This document shows, piece after piece, positions 37,143 through 45,762 of a DNA stretch of 64,000 bases. The position numbers and the translations under genes are program-made. This stretch comes from Oscillospiraceae bacterium (GTDB lineage: Bacteria; Bacillota; Clostridia; Oscillospirales; CAG-272). The stretch lies in the NCBI GenBank assembly GCA_015063395.1, contig SVUF01000001.1:1336-65335 (forward strand), given 5' to 3'. Positions within the stretch are counted from its first letter, which is position 1. Each line of letters starts with the position of its first letter. The notes under the pieces were generated by a model that did not search any database, was not told the DNA's origin, and was given only the letters and a program-made list of their open reading frames with translations.

Positions 37143-37473
37143 AAGTCCTCCTTCTTGAGAGCTTTCCGAGCTTTTGGTAAGGTAAGCACGGATTTTTTGT
37201 TTATATAGTGATTGATAATGTGTAAAAAATAAAATGAGAAAAGATATCGGTGATATCTGTTAAAACGGCGGACTTCCGCAAGAGAGATCTTTGGAGAAGC
37301 ACATATAATCCGCTCATTATATTATAGCATACTTTTATCTGTTTTTCAAATGTTTTTTACACTTTTTTTATAAACTTATTATAAATAATTTTTATAAAAA
37401 AAGGAAGTGTGTCCAGTGTGACTAATAAAATTCATAACACTGAATAAAATTTGGCAATAAATTATGCAGGTTA

Positions 37474-37502
37474 TTGACAAAAGCTTTAAATGAAGCTATA
37501 AT
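37474..37502 (+). promoter_or_regulatory. consensus sigma-A promoter for the first HEMGH lipoprotein gene
   Basis: TTGACA (37474-37479), a 17-nt spacer, then TATAAT (37497-37502). Confidence 0.65.
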
Positions 37503-37547
37503 GTATACAGTCCTATAACAAGGGATTATAGGAGAAAGGAGATAACA

Positions 37548-39056
37548 ATGAAGCTTACAAAAAAGATTATGGCGTTGGCTCTTGCACTGGTATCGTTGGT
37601 TTCATTTGCAGCATGTAACACTGCAGGCGGCGACCCGACAACAGCTCCCGTAACGGGCACCGGCCCCACGACATCAAGTGTAGTTACAACAACTCCTGAA
37701 AAAAGCAGTACTGCAACACCGGAAAATACGACTGCTACAGTGACGCCTTTGCCTTCAGCTGAGCCCACACCAACAACCGATGGGATCCCCACGGACCCAA
37801 AGGAATTTTATGAGTATAATTCCAACTATAACCTCAACACAGAAGAAGGAATTGGGGTACTTAAGGTTGGAAAATATAAGATCACCTTTACAGACGGTAC
37901 GGTTCTTTCCTATACTGAATCAGGACTTACAACAGGAGGGGACAAATTTGACTTTTCCCTTCAGTTCCAGAATGCGGGAAACGACCGCTCGGGTAAGGTT
38001 GGATATATGGTTATGCCGGGAGATACTCTTGAAAGATCACTTGCATGCTCGGGATCATCTGTGTCTCTCAAAACCACAGCATACAGAAACAACTATCAGG
38101 TTTGGAACCTTATCGAAAATGCTGACGGAAGCTATTGCTTTGTAAGCAAATCGGGGGACACCAAATATCTTTCTCTTTCCAAAGAGGACGGAAAGCTTTA
38201 TGCCAAGGGCAAAAATACCGAAGGATTTGTAAACACATTCAACCTTGAGCTTATTTCCGAAGGAAATGGTGTATGGGATCAGTACATCAGTGAAAAAGGA
38301 AACATTATAATCAGAATCAAAAAGCAATTCTATACATCTGCTCTTGTAAAGAAGGAGAGAATTGCAAAGCTTGTAAATGATATGCAGACGGTATATGAAA
38401 CATATCAGGACCTTACAAGCTTCACACCCTATGATTCAATTATAATCCATATTTTCCAGGACGAAAAATATTTTGCATACGTTGTTGGCGGATACAATAT
38501 TATTTCATTTAACTACAACAACGCAGTAACGGACTTGAGAAAAATGCAGTTCCGCACCGACAAGGAATATGCAAATGACTGGAGCTTCTGTCTCATGCAC
38601 GAAATGGGACATATGTTTGACTGGAACCGCGGTTGGAGATTTGACGGAGAATCCGCAACAAATATAAAGCTTGCATATGCTCTTTGGGCAAATCTTGACA
38701 AAAAGGCGGTTGCCGCTCAGTCGGGATATTCATACAAGGATTATTTTGACGGAAATACAATTTCTGAAACATGGAAGAGCGAAGCTCCCATGAAAATGGA
38801 GGACGGAAAGACCCTCGGAGAAAAGGTTGTGAGAACATGTTACATATTCTCAACTTATGCTCTCAATGAGATTGGATGGGAAGCCTTCCGTAAATCTTAT
38901 CACGAGATCAATGCTCTTGAAGCACAGCCCACCGATGTTAATGTAAGACTGAAAATATTTACCGATGCCCTTGAAAAGCATGGCGGAAAGCACATTAAGG
39001 ATTATATTGGTGAGGAAGAATGGAATGTTCTTGTGGCTAAATGCGCAGGTAATTAA
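37548..39056 (+). CDS. lipoprotein with a Pro/Thr-rich linker and a C-terminal putative zinc metallopeptidase domain (HEMGH..E; possibly M60-like/gluzincin)
   Basis: Lipobox LVSFAAC, the linker TTAPVTGTGPTTSSVVTTTPE..., and the motif CLMHEMGHMFDWNRGWRFDGES. The family assignment is unverified. Confidence 0.55.
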   Translation: MKLTKKIMALALALVSLVSFAACNTAGGDPTTAPVTGTGPTTSSVVTTTPEKSSTATPENTTATVTPLPSAEPTPTTDGIPTDPKEFYEYNSNYNLNTEEGIGVLKVGKYKITFTDGTVLSYTESGLTTGGDKFDFSLQFQNAGNDRSGKVGYMVMPGDTLERSLACSGSSVSLKTTAYRNNYQVWNLIENADGSYCFVSKSGDTKYLSLSKEDGKLYAKGKNTEGFVNTFNLELISEGNGVWDQYISEKGNIIIRIKKQFYTSALVKKERIAKLVNDMQTVYETYQDLTSFTPYDSIIIHIFQDEKYFAYVVGGYNIISFNYNNAVTDLRKMQFRTDKEYANDWSFCLMHEMGHMFDWNRGWRFDGESATNIKLAYALWANLDKKAVAAQSGYSYKDYFDGNTISETWKSEAPMKMEDGKTLGEKVVRTCYIFSTYALNEIGWEAFRKSYHEINALEAQPTDVNVRLKIFTDALEKHGGKHIKDYIGEEEWNVLVAKCAGN

Positions 39057-39118
39057 TGTTTGACGGCAAAGTATCTGTGCTTTAACATAAAATAAAAATA
39101 ATAAATAAGGAGAAAAAC

Positions 39119-40741
39119 ATGAAAAAGATAATAGCCCTTGCGCTTGTTATTGCAACAATGCTTTCTTTTGCGGCTTGTACAACTGACAACACTGCAACAC
39201 CCACACCAACACCCACAGAAACGCAGAAAACAGAAGCTCCCGCAACAACGCCCGATCCGACTCCTTCTGCAACACCCACTCCCTCGGTGGAGCCGACGCC
39301 TACTCCTTCAGCAACGCCCACACCTACGGAGGATCTTGAGAAGGGTATGACCGAGGAAGAAATGGGAGTGCTTCCCGTTGGTAGATATAAGATCACAATT
39401 CCCGGCGTTGATGGATATTTGTCATTTGCGCTTTCAGAAAATAATATAGATAATGATAAGCCCCTTTTCGTTTCAAAAGAGGACAAGGACAATATTTTTA
39501 CAATCATTTATCAGACAACAGGAGAAAATCCCAGCTATACAATTTCTCCTAACGACGAAGTATATCATGTAATCGGACTTCCCGTTGCATATCCTTCATC
39601 ATCTACAATGAAGTCAGGTTCAGTTGTATACTCAAACTACCGTATGAGATATACAAACACAACAAGACCTCAGACACAGGATAGTTATGCTACGATCAGA
39701 TGGTACTTTGAACCCAATGAGGACGGAACATATAAGATGGCGATCTATTCCTCTACAAACTTCACAGTGTCCAATCTTACAAAATACTATGCTTCCTATG
39801 AGGATGGCAAGATCGTGCTCAGAAAGGAAAGCGAAAATATTTCAACAAACTTCAAGCTTGATATGATTGAGCGCGGAAGTGAGCAGTTCCTCCAGTATAT
39901 TTCCAACGAAGGAAAGATCACTCTCCGTCTGCCTCCCAAGATGAAGAAGGAATTCATCATCACTCTTGATAAGAAGCAGGGTAAGTTTACCGACGAGTTT
40001 GGTCAGACATGGGCGAACAATGCTGAAGATTGCTACTTCTCATTCATCGAGCTTACAAATTATATTCCCCACGAGAATATTATTGTAAAGGCATATGCAA
40101 ATTGTGACTACATGGCGTATGTAACAAGCGGTTATAATACCATTACAGCATCCTACAGTGCGGTAGGCAACGATTTCGGAAACGCATCCACATGGTTCTC
40201 CAATGACATTAAGGAAATGGTTGCAAGAGGACCTGAGGCAAGAGACGTAAACTTCGGAGTTATGCACGAAATGGGACACATGTTCGATATCGGCGCGGAC
40301 TGGTACTTTGAGACAGAGTCCATGACAGACTTTAAGCTTGCTTACTGTCTTGATAAGAACGGACTTTCCGCTTCCCCCTCTGAGTTCACAACGTCCCAGT
40401 ATTTCACATACAGCAATATTGAGGAAGCATACCTTTCACTTGGTAAGGACATTTCCAAGACAAATGAGTATACATTCTACGGTGCCGCTTACCGAATGAT
40501 CCTGATTCAAAAGGAACTTGGTTGGGAGCCCTTCAGACAGACATACCACTGGTTTATGGAAAACAGAACAAAGATCGGAACTGACGAGCATGTGGCAATA
40601 CCCACAAAGAAATATGAAAAGTGTGAGCTTTTCTACAAGAAGGTTTCCGAGTTTGCAGGCAGAGATGTTGTAGCCATGATCCCCGCAAACGAATGGAAGG
40701 TTTGGCTTGAATATATGGGTAAGCCCGCTGACGAAGAATAA
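39119..40741 (+). CDS. paralogous lipoprotein with a Pro/Thr-rich linker and a putative zinc metallopeptidase domain (HEMGH..E)
   Basis: Lipobox MLSFAAC, the linker PTPTPTETQKTEAPATTPDPTPSATPTPS..., and the motif GVMHEMGHMFDIGADWYFETES. The architecture is colinear with 37548-39056. Confidence 0.55.
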   Translation: MKKIIALALVIATMLSFAACTTDNTATPTPTPTETQKTEAPATTPDPTPSATPTPSVEPTPTPSATPTPTEDLEKGMTEEEMGVLPVGRYKITIPGVDGYLSFALSENNIDNDKPLFVSKEDKDNIFTIIYQTTGENPSYTISPNDEVYHVIGLPVAYPSSSTMKSGSVVYSNYRMRYTNTTRPQTQDSYATIRWYFEPNEDGTYKMAIYSSTNFTVSNLTKYYASYEDGKIVLRKESENISTNFKLDMIERGSEQFLQYISNEGKITLRLPPKMKKEFIITLDKKQGKFTDEFGQTWANNAEDCYFSFIELTNYIPHENIIVKAYANCDYMAYVTSGYNTITASYSAVGNDFGNASTWFSNDIKEMVARGPEARDVNFGVMHEMGHMFDIGADWYFETESMTDFKLAYCLDKNGLSASPSEFTTSQYFTYSNIEEAYLSLGKDISKTNEYTFYGAAYRMILIQKELGWEPFRQTYHWFMENRTKIGTDEHVAIPTKKYEKCELFYKKVSEFAGRDVVAMIPANEWKVWLEYMGKPADEE

Positions 40742-40764
40742 TACTCCATCAATTTAATTATCAT

Positions 40765-40802
40765 CATCTGTAAAAATGAAAGCTTTTACAGATGATTTTT
40801 TT
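40765..40802 (+). terminator. intrinsic terminator after the lipoprotein pair
   Basis: catctgtaaaa-atgaaagc-ttttacagatg followed by attttttt. Confidence 0.85.
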
Positions 40803-40890
40803 ATTTAAAGGGTTGACAAACATGTTGAATTGTTGTACTATATAAATATAACAATTCCATTTTATCTTTATACAAAAGGACGGATAGCTT

Positions 40891-41514
40891 ATGAATGACA
40901 ATCAATTAAAAGAAAATAATGATATTCGTGACGTATCGCTTAAAAACAAAACGGTGGTGACACCGGAGGTTTACTGCGAATTTTCCGACCACAGCATGGA
41001 TTTTTGCAAAGGCAGTCTTGCTATGAAAAAATTATCAAAAATTCTCAATTTGATCTTATTGACGATTTTAAAGTTATGCATAGAGATTGGTGGCGGTCTG
41101 ATTATAATTAACTTTTTTTCAAGATTTGAAGGTACTTTGGAGTATCTGAAAATCTTTATCTACGCTGTAGTATTGTCAATTCTGCTCATAATTCTTAATT
41201 ACTTTGACTATATCAGCTTCAGCAAGAAGATCAATAGATTTTTCTTTAAAAACTACAAAACAATTAATACAGAATATACGTTCAGGGATAACGGTTTTAC
41301 CGACGTTTCCGTAAGGGGTAAAAAGACGAAAACAATAAACGTTCCCTACCGCAAGATCAAGTACGTTTATGAAATAGAAAACCTTATTCTGCTGTATAAC
41401 ACCCCTTTCTCTGCCTATATCGTACAAAAAAACGGATTTGAAACTGCTGAGGATCTTGAGGCTTTTTGCGGAATTTTAAAAAGAAAAATCACCAAAAACA
41501 ACTATTTAAAATAG
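40891..41514 (+). CDS. YcxB-like membrane protein (two TM helices plus a C-terminal YcxB-type domain)
   Basis: Two central TM helices, then VPYRKIKYVYEIENLILLYNTPFSAYIVQKNGFETAEDLEAFCGILKRK, a pattern I associate with PF14317. Confidence 0.5.
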   Translation: MNDNQLKENNDIRDVSLKNKTVVTPEVYCEFSDHSMDFCKGSLAMKKLSKILNLILLTILKLCIEIGGGLIIINFFSRFEGTLEYLKIFIYAVVLSILLIILNYFDYISFSKKINRFFFKNYKTINTEYTFRDNGFTDVSVRGKKTKTINVPYRKIKYVYEIENLILLYNTPFSAYIVQKNGFETAEDLEAFCGILKRKITKNNYLK

Positions 41515-41547
41515 CAGTCCACGGCTGCAGGGAAAAGCCAGACTCCA
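41507..41547. repeat. 41-nt direct repeat, copy 1 (overlaps the stop codon of the upstream ORF)
   Basis: taaaatagcagtccacggctgcagggaaaagccagactcca. Compare copy 2 at 41606-41646. Confidence 0.85.
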
Positions 41548-41605
41548 CACGAGTGCGGCTTTTTGTAGCTTTTCAACTTTATACTTCAGCATTTTCCTAT
41601 ATAGT

Positions 41606-41646
41606 AAAATAGCAGCCCACGGCTGCAGGGGGAAAGCCAGACTCCA
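41606..41646. repeat. 41-nt direct repeat, copy 2
   Basis: taaaatagcagcccacggctgcagggggaaagccagactcca, which contains the hairpin gcagcc-ca-cggctgc. Confidence 0.85.
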
Positions 41647-41699
41647 AAACCAAACAAATTCCTATAAAGTAAAAAAATTTGAGAATAAATTAAAAAAGG

Positions 41700-41728
41700 T
41701 TGATTTTAGAAAAAAGATGTGATACAAT
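41700..41728 (+). promoter_or_regulatory. putative sigma-A promoter (extended -10) for the oxidoreductase gene
   Basis: TTGATT (41700-41705), a 17-nt spacer ending in TGa, then TACAAT (41723-41728). Confidence 0.5.
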
Positions 41729-41783
41729 AAACGGAGTAGTATTGCTTATATTTTATCCTATTGAAAGAAAAAGAGGTTAAGCT

Positions 41784-42866
41784 ATGGAAACTTCAAGAAT
41801 AATAAAAGCGGCTATAATCGGATGCGGCGGAATTGCAAAAAGCAAGCATATGCCGGGACTTGCTACTGTTGAAAATGTAAAGATGGTGGCATTTTGTGAT
41901 ATCATTCCCGAAAGAGCCGAGGAAGCAAAGGAAAAGTTCGGAACTCCCGATGCAAAGGTATATACTGATTATAAGGAGCTTCTCAAGGATAAGGAAATTG
42001 ACGTTGTACATATTTGTACCCCAAATCGTTCGCACAGCTTCATCACAATTGATTCTCTCAGAGCGGGAAAGCACGTAATGGTTGAAAAGCCCATGGCAAA
42101 AACCGCCGAGGAGGCTCGCGAAATGTGCCGTGTTGCAAAAGAAACAGGCATGAAGCTTACGGTTGGTTATCAGAACAGATGCCGTCCCGAAAGCCTTGAG
42201 CTGAGACGCAGGATCAAGGAAGGAGAGCTTGGTGAGATCTACTATGCAAAGGCATTGGCTCTTCGCCGCCGTAAGACGCCTACATGGGGCGTATTCCTCA
42301 ATGAATTTGAGCAGGGCGGAGGACCCCTCATAGACATTGGAACCCATGCTCTTGACCTTACCCTCTATATGCTTGACAACTACAAGCCCAAGATGGTTGT
42401 CGGAACCAAATATAAAAAGCTGACAGACCCCAATTGCGCAAACGAATGGGGACCTTGGGATCCCAAGGAGCATACCGTTGAGGATTCCGCCTTCGGATTT
42501 ATCATAATGCAGGACGGTACAACCATCAATCTTGAATCAAGCTGGGCGCTTAACATACTTGATCCCATTGAGGCAAGTACAGTTCTTTGCGGAACAAAGG
42601 CGGGAGCGCAGATCAAGAATCAGCAGCTTTTCCTCAATTATGACAAGGACGGAAAACTCTGCGAGGAATGTCCCGACATGAACTACACCACCACAATGAA
42701 GCTTACTGCCGCTGCAATTGAAGCAAAGCAGTGGATCGAAGCCATTGTAAACGATACAGACCCCTGTGTGCTTCCCGAGGAGGCATGCGCCGTTTCAGAG
42801 ATACTGGAAGCGGTTTATGAGTCTGCGGCAAATGGAGGCAAACCCGTATTTTTTGACGAAAAATAA
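41784..42866 (+). CDS. Gfo/Idh/MocA family NAD(P)-dependent oxidoreductase
   Basis: The N-terminal Rossmann segment AAIIGCGGIAKSKHMP, then EKPMA, 360 aa. Confidence 0.85.
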   Translation: METSRIIKAAIIGCGGIAKSKHMPGLATVENVKMVAFCDIIPERAEEAKEKFGTPDAKVYTDYKELLKDKEIDVVHICTPNRSHSFITIDSLRAGKHVMVEKPMAKTAEEAREMCRVAKETGMKLTVGYQNRCRPESLELRRRIKEGELGEIYYAKALALRRRKTPTWGVFLNEFEQGGGPLIDIGTHALDLTLYMLDNYKPKMVVGTKYKKLTDPNCANEWGPWDPKEHTVEDSAFGFIIMQDGTTINLESSWALNILDPIEASTVLCGTKAGAQIKNQQLFLNYDKDGKLCEECPDMNYTTTMKLTAAAIEAKQWIEAIVNDTDPCVLPEEACAVSEILEAVYESAANGGKPVFFDEK

Positions 42867-43090
42867 TAAATAGCAAGTAAAAGAGCCGTAAAAAACTCAT
42901 TGAGTTGTTTATGGCTCTCTGTTTTATAAAGAATTATAAAAAAATTCCGATTTTTTTCAAGGAACACCCAACCTTTTTAATCTTTTTAGGGACTTATAAG
43001 TGAAAGCCCCAAAAAACAAAAGGCAATGGAAAAGGATCCGAGGCATAACCGCGGAGGCTGTAGGGTCAGGATAACGGAAAGGGAAACAAA

Positions 43091-45700
43091 ATGAATAAGT
43101 ATTTAAACCATAGTGACGAAAACCTTGTTGAGCTGTCTTTGCTTGGAAACCAAGCGGCATTTGAAGAGCTTGTCAGAAGACATGAGGGCGCAGTAATGGG
43201 AACGGCGTATAAGGTAACGGAAAACCGATTTTCTGCACAGGATGCTTCACAGGACGCCTTTGTATGCGCTTGGATAAATCTTGATAAGCTTCAGAAACGA
43301 GGCAGCTTTGGGTCGTGGGTATGTAATATAGCGAGAAATAAGGCGTATAAGCTTGTGGCGCATTACAGAAACGCCATACCCGATATAAGCCTTGACGTTA
43401 TGAAAATTATGTCTGCCACAGATGAAGAAAACGAGGAGCTTATGGAAATGCTTGGTCTTTCTGATTATTCCCGTGATGAGGAGCTGTCGGAGCTTCGCTT
43501 GGCAGTGGAAGCTCTCAGTGAAAAGATCAGACAGACGGTAAAGCTGCATTATTTTGAAGGACTTTCCGTAATGGAGATTTCAAAGCGTCTGTTTATACCC
43601 GTAGGAACGGTAAAATACAGACTCAGTGAGGGGCGTAAGCAACTGAGAAAGGAATATGGAATTATGGAAAAGACATACGATGAAAACGAAAGCATAAAGG
43701 ATCGTGTAATGAGACATGTTGAGCAGTTGAAGCTTTGGAGAATAAGGGAAGACCGTACGGGCTTTGAGGCAGAATACCGACAGGTTCTTGAGGCTGTTGA
43801 AAATCTTGAGGAGTCAATTGAAAAGAAATATGCTCTTGCAGACGTACTCAGGGCAGGATATTGGTGGATTCCCGGCGAAAAGAACGATGAGATTCTTGAA
43901 AGAATGAAGACGGCGGCTCTTGAAAGCCACAACGAAGAGGTCATGGAAACCGTAATTGCCGTTGAGGAAGAAAGATACAGCGGCGCAGAAAAGCTGAAGT
44001 TCATGGAGGAAACACAGATCCCTTGGCTTCGCGACAACGGATTTACAGATGCTCTGGCATATGCTTATTTCTGGTACGGCTACTATCAGGGTAATGAGGG
44101 TAACTATGAGAAATTAGTAGACTCATATAAAAAGGTACTGGAGCTTCTTACACCCGATAAGCTATACTATGCCAATACACTCGCGGCATTGGAGCTTGAA
44201 GAAAAGCTTCATTCTCTTGGAGAAATCGACAATTTCAAATATTCGATGAGAGCAACGGGCGAGGTATATAAGTATATAGACGGTAAGCTCTATTTCTGGA
44301 CGCAGCCGGGATATAACAGAGGATACTTTGAGTCTGTTGACGACTGTCTGTTCTGGAATTGTTCAAGAATTGGCAAAATGATCCTTGATCCTGAAATGAA
44401 GCAGGGAGAGGTCAAGACCTCCAAGGACGGATTGAGCAAAATTACATGTAAGGATAAAAATGCAGTAATAGAAACTCCTGCAGGTAGGTTTGAAAATTGC
44501 AGCGTATACGTTTTAGAAGGCAATTTTTACGGAAGAACCTATTGTGAAACCGCCTTTGCGCCCGATGTGGGAATTGTAAGTCAGACCTTGAATAATTACG
44601 GTTCAAGGGATACATGGCTTTTGAAGGAGTATGAGATCCATGGCGGCGAGGGCTTGTTCCCCATGGGAACGGGCAATAAATGGAGCTATACCGTAGATAA
44701 CCCCGAGGGCATGGAGCTTGAGGTTCTGAATACCTTTGAGATTACAGGCTCCGATGGCAACAGCGCAACTGTAAAGTCATGTGCCTTTAGTATGCTTTTG
44801 AACTATGATGATTCATGGATGGGCAATATACTTAAAATGAGAAATAATTATGCAGAGCAAGAGGGAAATGACGGTCGACTTCTTGACGTTAGTCATGAGA
44901 TGAAGCGTGCTGCCGAGCTTGCAGTAACCAAGAGACAAAAGGTTCATACCGCAATTGCCAACGAGGTAATGGAAAGAATCTTTGATACCGACGAGAATTT
45001 CAATCCCGAATATACCGAAAGAGGACTCTGGAACTTCTTTGAGTACTGTCCCGTACAGCGTGAAAACGGTAAGGTAAGGATGGACTGTGACAGAAGCTAT
45101 TCGTTTGAGTGGAAGGAGGTAGGCGATTGGTCGGGAGAAAGATTCAAGCTTCTTTACAGCTTCCTTTACGATATTCTGTGCGATGCCGCAGGATGCGTAT
45201 GGAGCGACGAATGGGTTCCCGGCTATCACCGTGACGAGAAGAAAGATTCACATTGGAACGGCGCACAGCATCTTATTTTCGACGTTCTTGAGGATGAAAA
45301 GGTCATCACCAAGGCAGGAGAATTTGAAAACTGCCGTCATATAAAGCTCAGCCTTGTGGGATTAAACGGCGGATACGGATACCGTGGCGGTCATATGGAA
45401 TACTGGTTTGCTCCCGAGGTTGGAATAGTTAAGTTCTCACGTCCCTACGGCGAGGGTGGAAAGCTTGATTGCATCTGGGAGCTGACGGACTACAGGGGAA
45501 AGGGAGAGGGCTATTTCCCCACAGATGACGGACTTTTCCGCAGATACGAGCCCACAGAGCTTGGCAGTGGATATCACGGATCCGTTGAATACACCTTTGA
45601 TACCGATGAAAACGGAACGGTAATGTTCCGCAACGCCCTTGGAACACAGGACAGAGCAGATTTTGAGGCATTTCGCAGGGCAAAAGAGAATAAACAATAA
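43091..45700 (+). CDS. ECF-type sigma-70 family factor fused to a ~670-aa C-terminal extension of unknown function
   Basis: Residues ~1-190 carry region 2 (FEELVRRHEGAVMGTAYKV..DASQDAFVCAW) and region 4 (LHYFEGLSVMEISKRLFIPVGTVKYRLSEGRKQL). The remainder has no hydrophobic TM stretch and contains an internal duplication (AG.FENC...FAP.VGIV). Confidence 0.75.
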   Translation: MNKYLNHSDENLVELSLLGNQAAFEELVRRHEGAVMGTAYKVTENRFSAQDASQDAFVCAWINLDKLQKRGSFGSWVCNIARNKAYKLVAHYRNAIPDISLDVMKIMSATDEENEELMEMLGLSDYSRDEELSELRLAVEALSEKIRQTVKLHYFEGLSVMEISKRLFIPVGTVKYRLSEGRKQLRKEYGIMEKTYDENESIKDRVMRHVEQLKLWRIREDRTGFEAEYRQVLEAVENLEESIEKKYALADVLRAGYWWIPGEKNDEILERMKTAALESHNEEVMETVIAVEEERYSGAEKLKFMEETQIPWLRDNGFTDALAYAYFWYGYYQGNEGNYEKLVDSYKKVLELLTPDKLYYANTLAALELEEKLHSLGEIDNFKYSMRATGEVYKYIDGKLYFWTQPGYNRGYFESVDDCLFWNCSRIGKMILDPEMKQGEVKTSKDGLSKITCKDKNAVIETPAGRFENCSVYVLEGNFYGRTYCETAFAPDVGIVSQTLNNYGSRDTWLLKEYEIHGGEGLFPMGTGNKWSYTVDNPEGMELEVLNTFEITGSDGNSATVKSCAFSMLLNYDDSWMGNILKMRNNYAEQEGNDGRLLDVSHEMKRAAELAVTKRQKVHTAIANEVMERIFDTDENFNPEYTERGLWNFFEYCPVQRENGKVRMDCDRSYSFEWKEVGDWSGERFKLLYSFLYDILCDAAGCVWSDEWVPGYHRDEKKDSHWNGAQHLIFDVLEDEKVITKAGEFENCRHIKLSLVGLNGGYGYRGGHMEYWFAPEVGIVKFSRPYGEGGKLDCIWELTDYRGKGEGYFPTDDGLFRRYEPTELGSGYHGSVEYTFDTDENGTVMFRNALGTQDRADFEAFRRAKENKQ

Positions 45701-45762
45701 CTTAAATAACAAAGCCTCCTACGGTTTTCCGCGGGAGGCATTTTAACTTATTCGGATTTAAA

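Noticed and set aside
37143-37473. CIRCE/HrcA operator or other known heat-shock element upstream of lon
   Set aside because: No TTAGCACTC-N9-GAGTGCTAA-like sequence is present. Only the unrelated 7-3-7 palindrome was seen, and it is reported separately at low interest.
41793-42473. 226-aa minus-strand ORF
   Set aside because: It is antisense to the Gfo/Idh/MocA oxidoreductase gene, whose Rossmann motif and length are convincing. This is a shadow ORF.
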